DNA from: Candidatus Gorgyraea atricola
Lineage (GTDB): Bacteria; Omnitrophota; Gorgyraeia; Gorgyraeales; Gorgyraeaceae
Reading direction: 5' to 3'
DNA length: 64,000 bases
Assembly (NCBI GenBank): GCA_030765235.1
Contig: JAVCCW010000028.1
Coordinates: 24,744 to 88,743 of the forward strand
In this document: in pieces, positions 45,688-55,452 of the stretch
Layout: every line of letters begins with the position of its first letter
Numbering within the stretch: position 1 is the stretch's first letter
Translations under genes and position numbers: made by a program
Notes under the pieces: model-generated
The model's input: the letters and a program-made list of their open reading frames with translations, nothing else
What the model was told of the DNA's origin: nothing
Database searches by the model: none

Positions 45688-47189
45688 GACAGAAAGCAAA
45701 AAAGGATATTGTATTAATAATATTTTGTCTTTTGGCAGGGGTAATATTATTTACCAATCTGGGGAACATCTATCTCTGGCAGGATGAGGCAACAACCGCA
45801 GTTTTAGCTAAAAACACACTTGAGTTTGGGATCCCCAGGACCTTTGACGGGACTAATCTTATTACGACTATTTACTCTGACCCTTGCAAATATAGTGGAT
45901 GGAAATACGCCCCGTGGTTTCAATTTTATCTTGCGGCATTATCCTTTTACTTGTTTGGAGTCAGTACTTTTGCTGCGAGACTCCCTTTCGCTGTGTTTGG
46001 TATGGGTAGCTTGATATTGTGTTATTTACTCGCGCAGAGGCTTTTCCAGAATAGGCTCCTCTCCAGGCTATCGACCGCATTTATGCTTTTTTCCGCGCCA
46101 TTCTTTTTATATATGCGTCAGTGCAGATGGTATGGTCTTTCAGTATTTTTTACACTCTGGATTTTGATCTCGTATTTGGACATGATAAAGAAGAAGCGAT
46201 TTTCTGCATGGGGATTTGTCCTGGCAAGCAGCCTTCTCTTTCACTCAAATTATGCAATCTTTTTCCCTGTCTTGGGAGCCATGTGTTTTCACTATCTTGT
46301 GTTTCACAAAAAAGATATTGAATTAAAGAGGATATTAGGCTATCTCTCTATTATTGCTATACTCACTGTACCTTTTTTCCTCTATTCTGTAAACATGGAG
46401 TGTAGCGGGCAGATGACGTTTCTGCGTACAAAAGGTCATTTAGAATTCTATGTCCGCGTCTTAAATAAATACCTATTTCCTCTTGTATTTTTGTTTTTGA
46501 GTCTAGCTGTATTTTCCTTTTTCAAGAAAAAGGTCTTTCCTGTACTGGATAAGGCGCTGGATAGATCTCGACTCTGGTTTTTTCCGCTCGTATTTATTTT
46601 TACTATCTGTTTTCTGCTTTTAGCAGAGGAAAGACAGCTGAGGTATCTTATTCATCTTTTACCTTTATCCTGTATCCTTATGAGTTTTTTAATGATCGGG
46701 TGGCTAAAGCTGAATATTATAGTCGCTGGTCTAGTATTTGTTGTCGCATGTTTTACAAATTCATTTCACACAGGCAGCCCTTTTGCAAAGAAACTATGGA
46801 TACCCATAGTGGATATCGCTTATGAGTTGACCCATGATTATGACGGGCCAGTAGAAGGAATAATAAAGTTTTTAAATAAGAATGCGAGGCCAGGAGATAC
46901 AGTTAAATTGATCATGGGTGATTGCGCGGTTATGTTTTATACAGATTTCAAGGTAGACAATGAAGATTTTACGCAGGAATCATTCCCTGAGTGGATTATA
47001 GTGAGAAATGACTGGGTCTCGTTCAAGAGTTTAAGTGCCAGGTATCGTAGACAAATAGAATCGCAATATCAAAGAATTGAATTAAATTATCCTGATATAA
47101 TGTGGGAAAACCGGCCAGACCCTGGTTATCATAAATTCAAGACAGTAACTGACTGGCCTACTAAAGTGACGGTGTATAAGAAAAGATGA
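45684..47189 (+). CDS. GT-C (ArnT/PMT-like) polytopic glycosyltransferase
   Basis: LWQDEA, FGVSTFAARLPF, RQCRWY, many TM helices and a periplasmic C-tail. Confidence 0.82.
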   Translation: MRQKAKKDIVLIIFCLLAGVILFTNLGNIYLWQDEATTAVLAKNTLEFGIPRTFDGTNLITTIYSDPCKYSGWKYAPWFQFYLAALSFYLFGVSTFAARLPFAVFGMGSLILCYLLAQRLFQNRLLSRLSTAFMLFSAPFFLYMRQCRWYGLSVFFTLWILISYLDMIKKKRFSAWGFVLASSLLFHSNYAIFFPVLGAMCFHYLVFHKKDIELKRILGYLSIIAILTVPFFLYSVNMECSGQMTFLRTKGHLEFYVRVLNKYLFPLVFLFLSLAVFSFFKKKVFPVLDKALDRSRLWFFPLVFIFTICFLLLAEERQLRYLIHLLPLSCILMSFLMIGWLKLNIIVAGLVFVVACFTNSFHTGSPFAKKLWIPIVDIAYELTHDYDGPVEGIIKFLNKNARPGDTVKLIMGDCAVMFYTDFKVDNEDFTQESFPEWIIVRNDWVSFKSLSARYRRQIESQYQRIELNYPDIMWENRPDPGYHKFKTVTDWPTKVTVYKKR

Positions 47190-48208
47190 AGTGCGATATA
47201 ATTATTCCAGTTTGGAATCAACTCGAGTTTACCAAAAAATGCATAGAGAGTGTTTTTAGAAATACGAATTATGCGTTTCGTTTAGTTGTTATTGATAATG
47301 GAAGCGCTAAGGCTACGAGGGCCTATCTGGATGAATTGGCACGCGATAAAAAAACAGGCGTTACTGTACTTAGAAATAATGAGAATCTGGGATTCATTAA
47401 GGCCACCAACCAAGGGATAAGAGAGTCAGACGCACCTTATGTCTGCCTTTTAAATAATGATACAGAGGTCACAAAAGGCTGGCTTAAAGAAATGGTCAAT
47501 GTAGCTGAGAAGAAAAAGGATATAGGTATAGTTAATGCTAACAGTAATACCCTGGGCTGCAAGGCCAAGTTTGGCCAGTCTGTAGAATCGCTTGCAGAGG
47601 AACTGAGGTCTCACTCTGGAGAGTATAGCATGCTGGCCCAGGCTACAGGGTTTTGCATGTTGATCAAGCGAGAGATCATTGATAAGGTGGGCATTTTTGA
47701 CGAGACCTACGGAATGGGAAATTTCGAAGACGCTGACTTTAGTAAAAGGGCGCAGAGATCAGGTTATTCCTGTGTATGCGCCAGGGCATCCTACGTATAT
47801 CACAGAGAACGACGCTCATTCGTAAGATTTAGGAAGTTTGATCAGGATTTTGATCGTAATCGGGAAATATTTTACTCTAAATGGGGCAGACAAGAGAGGA
47901 TCCTTTATGTGCTTAGTCACAGTGATTCTGCATACAGGAAAGAAATAGGCAGGAGATCTCTTAAATTGGCCCGCGATGGCAATATTGTCTGGATTTTTTC
48001 AAAAGGATGTCCTGGGCAGGATATCGAAAGGCATTCCAATATTTATAGTTATAGCCTGCCAAAGAGGTTTTTTGGTATGATCAGTTTATGGAGGATACTG
48101 AAGCGCAAAAAAAAGTTTGACAAGATATACGTAGATGACGAGAATTATGGGAAGCGCTTAGGGGGTTTTAAATTTTTTCATAAAGCAGAGGTGATTCGTG
48201 GATGCTAA
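47186..48208 (+). CDS. GT2 glycosyltransferase
   Basis: IIIPVWNQ, IDNGS, NLGFIKATNQG, LLNNDTEV, GFCMLIKR, GNFEDADF. Confidence 0.9.
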   Translation: MKCDIIIPVWNQLEFTKKCIESVFRNTNYAFRLVVIDNGSAKATRAYLDELARDKKTGVTVLRNNENLGFIKATNQGIRESDAPYVCLLNNDTEVTKGWLKEMVNVAEKKKDIGIVNANSNTLGCKAKFGQSVESLAEELRSHSGEYSMLAQATGFCMLIKREIIDKVGIFDETYGMGNFEDADFSKRAQRSGYSCVCARASYVYHRERRSFVRFRKFDQDFDRNREIFYSKWGRQERILYVLSHSDSAYRKEIGRRSLKLARDGNIVWIFSKGCPGQDIERHSNIYSYSLPKRFFGMISLWRILKRKKKFDKIYVDDENYGKRLGGFKFFHKAEVIRGC

Positions 48209-48974
48209 AATTCCTTTATCCGCAGTAATTATTACCAGAAACGAAGAGACCAATATTAAAGAGTGCCTTGAGTCAGTCAGATGGGCGGACGAGATCGTCG
48301 TGGTCGACGACGACAGTACTGACAGGACAGTGGAAATCGCCCAGGGTTATACAGATAGGATTTTTCACAGGAAAATGGATATTGAGGGCAGGCACAGGAA
48401 CTGGGCCTATAGCCAGGCGCGTAATACCTGGGTCTTGAGTCTGGATGCTGATGAGAGGGTGACTCCTGAACTGAGAAAAGAAATACAGGAAACCATATCC
48501 AATGCCGGAAACTTCGAAGGCTTTATTATCCCGCGCAGAAATTATATCGGGAATTACTGGGTCAAATACGGCGGATGGTATCCAAGCGGCCAGTTGAAGA
48601 TGTTTAGAAAAGATAAATTTTACTGGGAAGAGGCCGAGGTCCACCCCCGAGCGTTCTTGGGGACTCCTGCGGGAAGGTTAAAGAATGACATAATCCATTA
48701 TTCGTACAAGAACTTCGAGGATTTTGTCAATAAGATGAACAAGCAGACTACGCTGGAGGCGGCTAAATGGGTCAGGGATAAAAGGGGAATGAGTCTTGGC
48801 AGGGCCCTTCGCCGCACATGCGACCGTTTCCTGCGCACATTCTTTCGCAAAAAGGCGTACAAAGACGGGTTGATTGGTTTTATGGTATCGATCTTTGCCG
48901 GGCTTTATCAGATATTGAGTTATGCTAAATACTATGAACTGAAATTCGCACATAAGTTACGCGATTGCCGATGA
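48198..48974 (+). CDS. GT2 glycosyltransferase (WaaE/KdtX-like)
   Basis: SAVIITRNEE.NI..CLES..WADEIVVVD, WVLSLDADERVTPEL, GWYP, HYSY, YKDGLIGF. Confidence 0.88.
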   Translation: MDAKIPLSAVIITRNEETNIKECLESVRWADEIVVVDDDSTDRTVEIAQGYTDRIFHRKMDIEGRHRNWAYSQARNTWVLSLDADERVTPELRKEIQETISNAGNFEGFIIPRRNYIGNYWVKYGGWYPSGQLKMFRKDKFYWEEAEVHPRAFLGTPAGRLKNDIIHYSYKNFEDFVNKMNKQTTLEAAKWVRDKRGMSLGRALRRTCDRFLRTFFRKKAYKDGLIGFMVSIFAGLYQILSYAKYYELKFAHKLRDCR

Positions 48975-50005
48975 AAAAGGATTTATTGGAAATTTTAAAC
49001 TGTCCAAGCTGCACAAGTACTTTATTTTCATTGCAACAGTGTAAAGTCGATCAGATAGAGGTTAGATCCGGTAGTATAGTTTGTCAGAGTTGTGGGGCTT
49101 CTTACGGGATCGAGAGCGGTATAGTAAATTTTATCAAGGACCCCTCGCAGGGAGTGAAGCAGGAAAGAGAGGCAATGGATGCGGAGGAGTATATTACTGA
49201 CGATAAGGGCAAAAGATATAAGATTAATGAAGAGACAATAGAAAGATTTAAAGATAAATTTCTTTCTATGCCAGAAGGTGATGGCTCACATTTTTTTAGA
49301 AATAGAGGCAGTTTTCAAGCTATTGCAAATATATCTTCCAGAGTCTATTCTACCCTTGATGGTTTGAAGCTCACAGGCAAGGAACACATACTTGAAATAG
49401 GGGCGTGTTTTTCCTATGCCTCTTTTAAGTTCGCCAAAAAAGGGTGTCGTGTCGTGGCTATAGACATAAGCAATTATCTCAAGGTTGCGGATCTTTTTGT
49501 TAAAGAAGCATATTTTGACAGGATGTTTTGCGACATGCATAAGACACCATTTGGAGACGAAACATTTGATATTATATTTGGTTCGGCAGTCCTTCATCAC
49601 AGTAAGGAGTTGTCCCTGGTTTTCAAAGAGATGCGCCGTATTTTAAAACCAGACGGGCGCCTAGTATTGATCAACGAAGTAGCAAGAGGTCTTTTTGAAA
49701 AGGTGCACCCTATATTTGAAAAAATGCAGAAACAAGGCTACGGAGATACTTCTTATACTTTAACAGAATGGCAAAAGGCAGCATACAAAGGCGGCTTTAA
49801 GAATGTGAGGATTGATTTTTTATCGCTTGCAGACGATTATATAACAAGGCACAAGAATAAGGATTTGCAGGATCAGGATAGTGTTAAGCTTAGACTTGCA
49901 AAGTTTTTTAAAACGCATATAATACTAGAAAAATGCCTGTCTTTTCTTTTGATTCCGCCGAGGCTTTTTTTTAGGCCAAAAAGCTGGAAGATTACATGTT
50001 ATTAG
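48971..50005 (+). CDS. Class I SAM methyltransferase with N-terminal Trm112-like Zn domain
   Basis: LLEILNCPSC...CQSCG..YGIESGI; ILEIGA, DMHKTPF..ETFD, VLHH, RILKPDG. Confidence 0.8.
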   Translation: MKKDLLEILNCPSCTSTLFSLQQCKVDQIEVRSGSIVCQSCGASYGIESGIVNFIKDPSQGVKQEREAMDAEEYITDDKGKRYKINEETIERFKDKFLSMPEGDGSHFFRNRGSFQAIANISSRVYSTLDGLKLTGKEHILEIGACFSYASFKFAKKGCRVVAIDISNYLKVADLFVKEAYFDRMFCDMHKTPFGDETFDIIFGSAVLHHSKELSLVFKEMRRILKPDGRLVLINEVARGLFEKVHPIFEKMQKQGYGDTSYTLTEWQKAAYKGGFKNVRIDFLSLADDYITRHKNKDLQDQDSVKLRLAKFFKTHIILEKCLSFLLIPPRLFFRPKSWKITCY

Positions 50006-50015
50006 GAGGTAAGAT

Positions 50016-50609
50016 ATGGGAATGCGATTAGCAGATAAAGTTCAGTCAATTTTTTATATTAATAGATTAAAGAAGCTTGACAAGGTCAAGGGATATCTTG
50101 GTTTAAACGAGGGTTTTCTGCTATTTAAGATCGCGAGATCGCTCAGGGAAAATTCGGTGATCGTGGAGATAGGTAGTTTTAAAGGAAAGTCCACTTGTTT
50201 TATAGCAGAAGGCATAGGTGACAAAAAAATGCAGTTTTTTTGTATCGATCCCTGGAGGGACGACCTGATGCAGGAAAAAGGAGATGCGATATTTAACGAA
50301 TTCCTGCAAAATACAAAAGAATATAAGGACAGGTTCAGTGTATTGCGGGGATTTTCCCATGAAGTGATCATGGAGTGGCCCGTACACAGAAAGATAGATT
50401 TTCTGTGGGTCGACGGAGATCATTCTTACGAAGGAGTTAAGGAGGATATTCTTAATTGGATGCCTCTGGTTAAAAAGAACAGTTTTATTTGTTTTCATGA
50501 CTATAGGGACGCGCCTGGAGTTAAAAAAGCAGTGGATGAATTGGCGAGAGACAATAAGATCAAATTTATTAAGAGAGTAGGATGTACCTATGTTTCAAAA
50601 TTACTTTAG
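50016..50609 (+). CDS. Methyltransf_24 family SAM methyltransferase
   Basis: VEIGSFKGKST, IDPW, IDFLWVDGDHSYEGV..D, FHDY..PGVKKAVDE. Confidence 0.85.
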   Translation: MGMRLADKVQSIFYINRLKKLDKVKGYLGLNEGFLLFKIARSLRENSVIVEIGSFKGKSTCFIAEGIGDKKMQFFCIDPWRDDLMQEKGDAIFNEFLQNTKEYKDRFSVLRGFSHEVIMEWPVHRKIDFLWVDGDHSYEGVKEDILNWMPLVKKNSFICFHDYRDAPGVKKAVDELARDNKIKFIKRVGCTYVSKLL

Positions 50610-51705
50610 AGGCATAAAGAAGAAAGATAGAAAAAAAAGGATCCTTTTTGCGGGGATCTCTCCTACTAATTTTGTTCAGTTTGCGCCAATCTATGAAGTT
50701 CTTAAACAAGATTCCAGAATTGAGGTTTTTTTATCAGGGATGTCTCATGGTAAAGATCGGCCGCAGGATATCTACAGGTATTTTGACGTGGACAAAAAAT
50801 TTATAATAAAAGAAAAAGTGGCAAAGCGCTTTTATTTCGATATATACGTAAGTCCTGATTTCCATTTAGTAGGTAAAAGACACGGTGTAAGCGTGCAGAT
50901 GTTCCATGGTAACTCATTCAGAAATTTTTCCATAAACGAAGAGGCAAAGAATTTTGATCACCTTTTCCTGATGGGCTCATATATGAAGCGCAAATTTTTA
51001 GAATTGGGAATTTTTAAAGAGGGAGAAAGTAGGTTTGAAGAAATAGGGATGCCTCAGACAGATGCTCTTTTGAACAATACAGATACGGGATTGCGTGAAA
51101 AACTTAATTTGAATAAAAAGTTTGCTACCGTACTCTATGCCCCGGTCTGGGCCCATATGGAAAGTTTCCTGGAAGATGTACGGAGAACCTTACAGGAGTT
51201 GACCTCGCTTGAGGTAAATCTACTCGTGAAGATGCACCATGGTTTTTATTCTAAGGAATTAAATAAGATTAAATGGCAAGAATATCTAGATGAGCTTTTA
51301 AAGAAAAATATAAATATGCACTTGATAAAAGATTTTGATATTGTGCCGTATATGCGCATTAGTGATTTACTTGTAAGCGATGCAAGCGGAGTCGTGCATC
51401 AATTTTCCATATTAGATAGGCCGATCGTATGTATAAAGATAGACATCGATGAATTCAGAAAAGGTTATCCAAACCTTGATCAGGCGGCGTATGCGAATCG
51501 TGCAGTCGTAGAGGTCTCTACAGGAGAATCCCTGAAGGAAGCTGTACTGAAAGAGCTTGCTGATCCCGGTAGGTTAAGCCGACAAAGATTGGCTATGGCC
51601 AAGGAGTATTTTTATAATATTGGTTTTTCTACTAAATATGCTATCTCAAGACTTTATCGTTTTCTTAATAAGGAGCCTTTACAATACAGAGAGAAGGAGA
51701 TATGA
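50590..51705 (+). CDS. CDP-glycerol glycerophosphotransferase (TagB/TagF-like) family protein
   Basis: VQMFHG, IGMPQTD, VLYAPVW, VKMH, SDLLVSDASGV...LDRPIV. Confidence 0.78.
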   Translation: MFQNYFRGIKKKDRKKRILFAGISPTNFVQFAPIYEVLKQDSRIEVFLSGMSHGKDRPQDIYRYFDVDKKFIIKEKVAKRFYFDIYVSPDFHLVGKRHGVSVQMFHGNSFRNFSINEEAKNFDHLFLMGSYMKRKFLELGIFKEGESRFEEIGMPQTDALLNNTDTGLREKLNLNKKFATVLYAPVWAHMESFLEDVRRTLQELTSLEVNLLVKMHHGFYSKELNKIKWQEYLDELLKKNINMHLIKDFDIVPYMRISDLLVSDASGVVHQFSILDRPIVCIKIDIDEFRKGYPNLDQAAYANRAVVEVSTGESLKEAVLKELADPGRLSRQRLAMAKEYFYNIGFSTKYAISRLYRFLNKEPLQYREKEI

Positions 51706-52454
51706 AAGCCATTATTATTGCTGCTGGGATAGGGTCACGTTTAAACCCTTTAACCAGCAACAAACCTAAATGTATGTTAGAAATAAACGACAGGACCTTA
51801 TTGCAGCATCAGATTGAGGCGCTGAGGGGTGCTGGGATAGATAGAATAGTTTTAATTAAAGGATATAAGAAAGAGATGATAAATTATCCTGATTTAGTTT
51901 ATTACATCAATGACGATTACAAGAACAATAACATCCTCCACTCTTTATTTTATGCTGAAAAAGAAATGAATAATGCATTTATAGCAGCTTATTCAGATAT
52001 TTTTTACACTAAAGATATAGTGGAAAGGTTGCTTGAGAGCAAAGAGGATATATCGATAGTAGTGGATATAGATTGGAAAGGTTATTATGAAGGCAGGACA
52101 GACCATCCTATCAGTGAGGCGGAAAATGTTATCTTTGACGCGGATAATAATGTAGTCAAGATCGGCAAGATCCTGCCGGATGAAGATGCTGTCCATGGTG
52201 AATTTATCGGCATGATGAAATGTTCAAAAAAAGGTGCGCTTATTTTTAGGAAATATTTTAATAGGTTAAAAGAGATTTACAAAGGAAGGCCGTTCCAGAG
52301 GGCCGGCGTATTTGAAAAGTCATATCTGACAGATATATTTCAGGACATGGCTGATTGCGGCGTGAAGATCAACTGTGTGATTATAGAAAAGGGCTGGGCT
52401 GAGATAGATACGGTCCAGGATTATAAGCGTATATTAAAGGATAAGGAGACGTAA
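51702..52454 (+). CDS. LicC/PntC-like phosphocholine/phosphonate cytidylyltransferase family protein
   Basis: AIIIAAGIGSRL.PLT..KPKCML, NNILHSL, AYSDIFY, GEFIGMMK, WAEIDT.QD. Confidence 0.8.
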   Translation: MKAIIIAAGIGSRLNPLTSNKPKCMLEINDRTLLQHQIEALRGAGIDRIVLIKGYKKEMINYPDLVYYINDDYKNNNILHSLFYAEKEMNNAFIAAYSDIFYTKDIVERLLESKEDISIVVDIDWKGYYEGRTDHPISEAENVIFDADNNVVKIGKILPDEDAVHGEFIGMMKCSKKGALIFRKYFNRLKEIYKGRPFQRAGVFEKSYLTDIFQDMADCGVKINCVIIEKGWAEIDTVQDYKRILKDKET

Positions 52455-53101
52455 TGAAGTTGGTCAAGTTTTGGTTATTATTTACAGCAGCATTTTTTTG
52501 CTGCGCTTCACTTGTGCATGCAAGTGATGATACTGAGTACTGGAGCATGCATACCTTTAGCGCAAAGATAAACGAAAGGGTAAAATTGAATCTGCTCGAG
52601 GAATTTCGTATGAAAAGTGACATGGGTAATTTCTATACCTATGTCCAGTATGTCGGCGCAAGTTATAAGGTAAGCGACTATTTTGATGTGGCAGGATGGT
52701 ATAAGCTGGTTTCATCAAAGGCAAATCAGAATTGGACCGAGACTCACCGGTATGACATAGACGGGACATTAAAGATAGACCTGGATGGCTTTAAACTCTC
52801 TAATAGGTCAAGGTTTGAGCGGAATACAAATGCCTCATCATGGCTATATAGAGACAGGATAAAGGTGACAAAGAAGGTAAAACTATTCGACAGAGATTAC
52901 ACACCTTTTCTTTCCAATGAATTCTTTTTGGATATAGAGCCCAATGATGGCTATCACGAAAACAGAGCCAGCGGAGGCATTAGCACAGATTTTATATGGG
53001 GCACAAAACTGACTCTATATTATATGTCACTCGCCAAAAAGAGCAGTGGAGAGTGGAATAGCGCGAATGTAATCGGGACTACTGTAGGGGTTAGTTTTTA
53101 A
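52454..53101 (+). CDS. Outer-membrane beta-barrel protein (DUF2490-like)
   Basis: Signal peptide, alternating beta strands, SNRSRFE...YRDR, SNEFF...ENR, C-terminal Phe. Confidence 0.72.
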   Translation: MKLVKFWLLFTAAFFCCASLVHASDDTEYWSMHTFSAKINERVKLNLLEEFRMKSDMGNFYTYVQYVGASYKVSDYFDVAGWYKLVSSKANQNWTETHRYDIDGTLKIDLDGFKLSNRSRFERNTNASSWLYRDRIKVTKKVKLFDRDYTPFLSNEFFLDIEPNDGYHENRASGGISTDFIWGTKLTLYYMSLAKKSSGEWNSANVIGTTVGVSF

Positions 53102-53127
53102 AATTTCTAGAAAAGGAGATTTAAAAA

Positions 53128-54333
53128 GTGAAGAACAATAAGGCAATATTTTGGAACATCTGGACATCTTATGCCACATATTATTTTGGCAAGGTAAATT
53201 TGAGCATAGTAGTGCCGGCGTTATTGGCGACATATAAGAATCTGGATTTATATACTGTTGGTTTAGTTTCGAGTGGTTTTTTCTTTGCGTATGCGCTTGG
53301 TCAATTTTTGCATGGTCAGATTTCAGAGCGGCACAATCCTTTTGTTTATATCGCAATAGGGTTAATTGGTTCTGCCATAATGAACCTGATCCTTGGTTTT
53401 TCCGGAGGTTTTTTTATAATGTTATTTCTTGGAGAGGTCCTTGACGGATTTTTTCAATCAATGGGTTGGTCATCCTGTGTAAGGGCGAATGCCTTGATCC
53501 AAAAGGATAAAGACAGAGAAAGATCCTCTACGATACTAGGGACTTCCTACCAAGTAGGTAATTCAGTGGCATGGCTTATATCTTCTTTTGCTGTCGGCAC
53601 ATGGGGCTGGCAGGCAGGTTTCTGGGTTGCGAGCGGTTTTTTATTCGCTAGGGGGATATTATTGCTATTGACAAAACCAAAGATGGAGATTGCGCCTCCT
53701 CAGAAAGTCAAGGTCCAGATAAAGAATACTTTATCTTTTCCGATCGTGCTGAGTGGCATATCACTTTGTTTATTAAATATGGTGAGATATGGTGTTATTA
53801 CGTGGATACCGTTATATTTCTTTAAGACAGGGAATTTTACAGTGGAGCAGATGGGAAAGGTCGGTCTGAAAGTATTTTTGATTCCTATAGCAGGTGTTCT
53901 GGGCACATTGATATATAATAAGCTCAAGATCAACAGGGATATCCTTACTATTATATGTCTGATAATGCTGGCGATCAGCTTTTTTGTGTTACCCTTTACT
54001 ACAGGTTTGTTGGCGACGTTTGTATTATTGATCGGTAGTTTCTTTCTGTACGGCCCCCATGTTTTTTTAGTAACAACATTTCCGACCCGTTTTGTGGATA
54101 AACAGGTAGTTGCAGCCTCCACAGGATTTATAGATGGAATGGGCTATATCGGAACGGTATTAATAGGCATAATTGTCCCATTTTTGGTTACATCAGCCGC
54201 AGGTAAATGGGAGAATGTATTTATATTCTGGGGGATCCTTTCGATTATGGTGGCTGTCGTTGTTGCTATTGTCTATATTAGGAGTTTTAGAGATAAGACG
54301 ATAGATTTCTTAGCGCTTAAGAATAACAGGTGA
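53128..54333 (+). CDS. MFS transporter, organophosphate:Pi antiporter (GlpT/UhpT)-like
   Basis: YATYYFGKVNLS, AYALGQF, GFFQSMGW, SYQVGN, RYGVITWIP, LYGP, TGFIDGMGYIG; about 12 TM helices. Confidence 0.8.
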   Translation: MKNNKAIFWNIWTSYATYYFGKVNLSIVVPALLATYKNLDLYTVGLVSSGFFFAYALGQFLHGQISERHNPFVYIAIGLIGSAIMNLILGFSGGFFIMLFLGEVLDGFFQSMGWSSCVRANALIQKDKDRERSSTILGTSYQVGNSVAWLISSFAVGTWGWQAGFWVASGFLFARGILLLLTKPKMEIAPPQKVKVQIKNTLSFPIVLSGISLCLLNMVRYGVITWIPLYFFKTGNFTVEQMGKVGLKVFLIPIAGVLGTLIYNKLKINRDILTIICLIMLAISFFVLPFTTGLLATFVLLIGSFFLYGPHVFLVTTFPTRFVDKQVVAASTGFIDGMGYIGTVLIGIIVPFLVTSAAGKWENVFIFWGILSIMVAVVVAIVYIRSFRDKTIDFLALKNNR

Positions 54334-54385
54334 GAGCCAATGAGTACGAAGACGATTTATCCTTAAAAAATAAAGGGATTCAGGG

Positions 54386-55438
54386 ATGGCGACAGTCTCA
54401 ATAGGAATAATCTGTCAGGACAATGAAAATATTATTCGGGATTGTCTGGAAAGCGCCAAATGGGCTGATGAGATAGTCGTGGTAGATGCCTTCAGCAAGG
54501 ATAGGACCGTGGAAATCGTCAGAGAATACACGAATAAGATATACCAGCATAAAGTAGACAGGCACCTGAATGAACAATGGAACAGGGCTATAGGTTATGC
54601 GACCTGCGATTGGTTCTTTCATCTTTCGACAGACCAGCGATTTACGCCTCAGTTGCGGGACGAGATCAGGAGAGTAGTTCAAAAAAAAGAACGATATGCG
54701 GCTTATTACGTGCCTCTGGAAAATTATTTTCTTGGTAAATGGATACAGTACTGCGGTTGGTCCCCTGATTACAATATAATGTTTCACAAAAGAGACAAGG
54801 GGGTCTGCTCAGATAAAGAAGGCGGCCTTTTAATGGTAGACGGCGAGATAGGGTATCTTAAGAGCAGGTTGATCCATTATTCTCACACAGGGATCTCCAG
54901 TACTATAAGCAAGGAAAACATGCTTTCCACCAGGGAAGCCGAATACTTTTTAGAGACAAAGACGTCTTTTAGAAGAAGGTTTATACTGACTAAGGCACTT
55001 CGGAACTTCAGAAAGACCTATTGGAAACAAGAGGGTTATAAAGACGGGATGTACGGGTTGGTTTTTTGTTTGATTTTTTCTTTTAATAAATTTTTGATTT
55101 ACGCGAAATACTGGAATATGCTTCAAAGACAGAAGAGAAATTCCTGTGTATGTGAAGATATCAGTCTGCTTGTAGAAAGAGAGAATCATGATACATCTTT
55201 ACTAGCAGAAAGATTATTAAAAGAACGCGGGATAACGGGTGAAAAAGAAATGAGATATCAAATGACTGTTGTTCCGTTAAGGCTTTTCTTGAAGACTTAT
55301 ATTGGGAAGACGGAATTCCGCCAGGGTGTCCGTGGCCTCACTCATTGCATCTTTAATGCGTATATTCATGCGATAAAATGGTCTAAGTATTGGGAATTAA
55401 GTTGTGTAAAAAAGATAAAACCGCAGAATAATACATAA
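54386..55438 (+). CDS. GT2 glycosyltransferase (WaaE-like) with duplicated C-terminal module
   Basis: CLESAKWADEIVVVDAFSKDRT, LSTDQRFTPQL, CGWSPD, LIHYS, GYKDGMYG. Confidence 0.82.
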   Translation: MATVSIGIICQDNENIIRDCLESAKWADEIVVVDAFSKDRTVEIVREYTNKIYQHKVDRHLNEQWNRAIGYATCDWFFHLSTDQRFTPQLRDEIRRVVQKKERYAAYYVPLENYFLGKWIQYCGWSPDYNIMFHKRDKGVCSDKEGGLLMVDGEIGYLKSRLIHYSHTGISSTISKENMLSTREAEYFLETKTSFRRRFILTKALRNFRKTYWKQEGYKDGMYGLVFCLIFSFNKFLIYAKYWNMLQRQKRNSCVCEDISLLVERENHDTSLLAERLLKERGITGEKEMRYQMTVVPLRLFLKTYIGKTEFRQGVRGLTHCIFNAYIHAIKWSKYWELSCVKKIKPQNNT

Positions 55439-55452
55439 GGACACTTTTTATT

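Noticed and set aside
51702-52454. De novo phosphonate biosynthesis cluster
   Set aside because: No PEP mutase or phosphonopyruvate decarboxylase is in the window. Kept only as the scavenging hypothesis.
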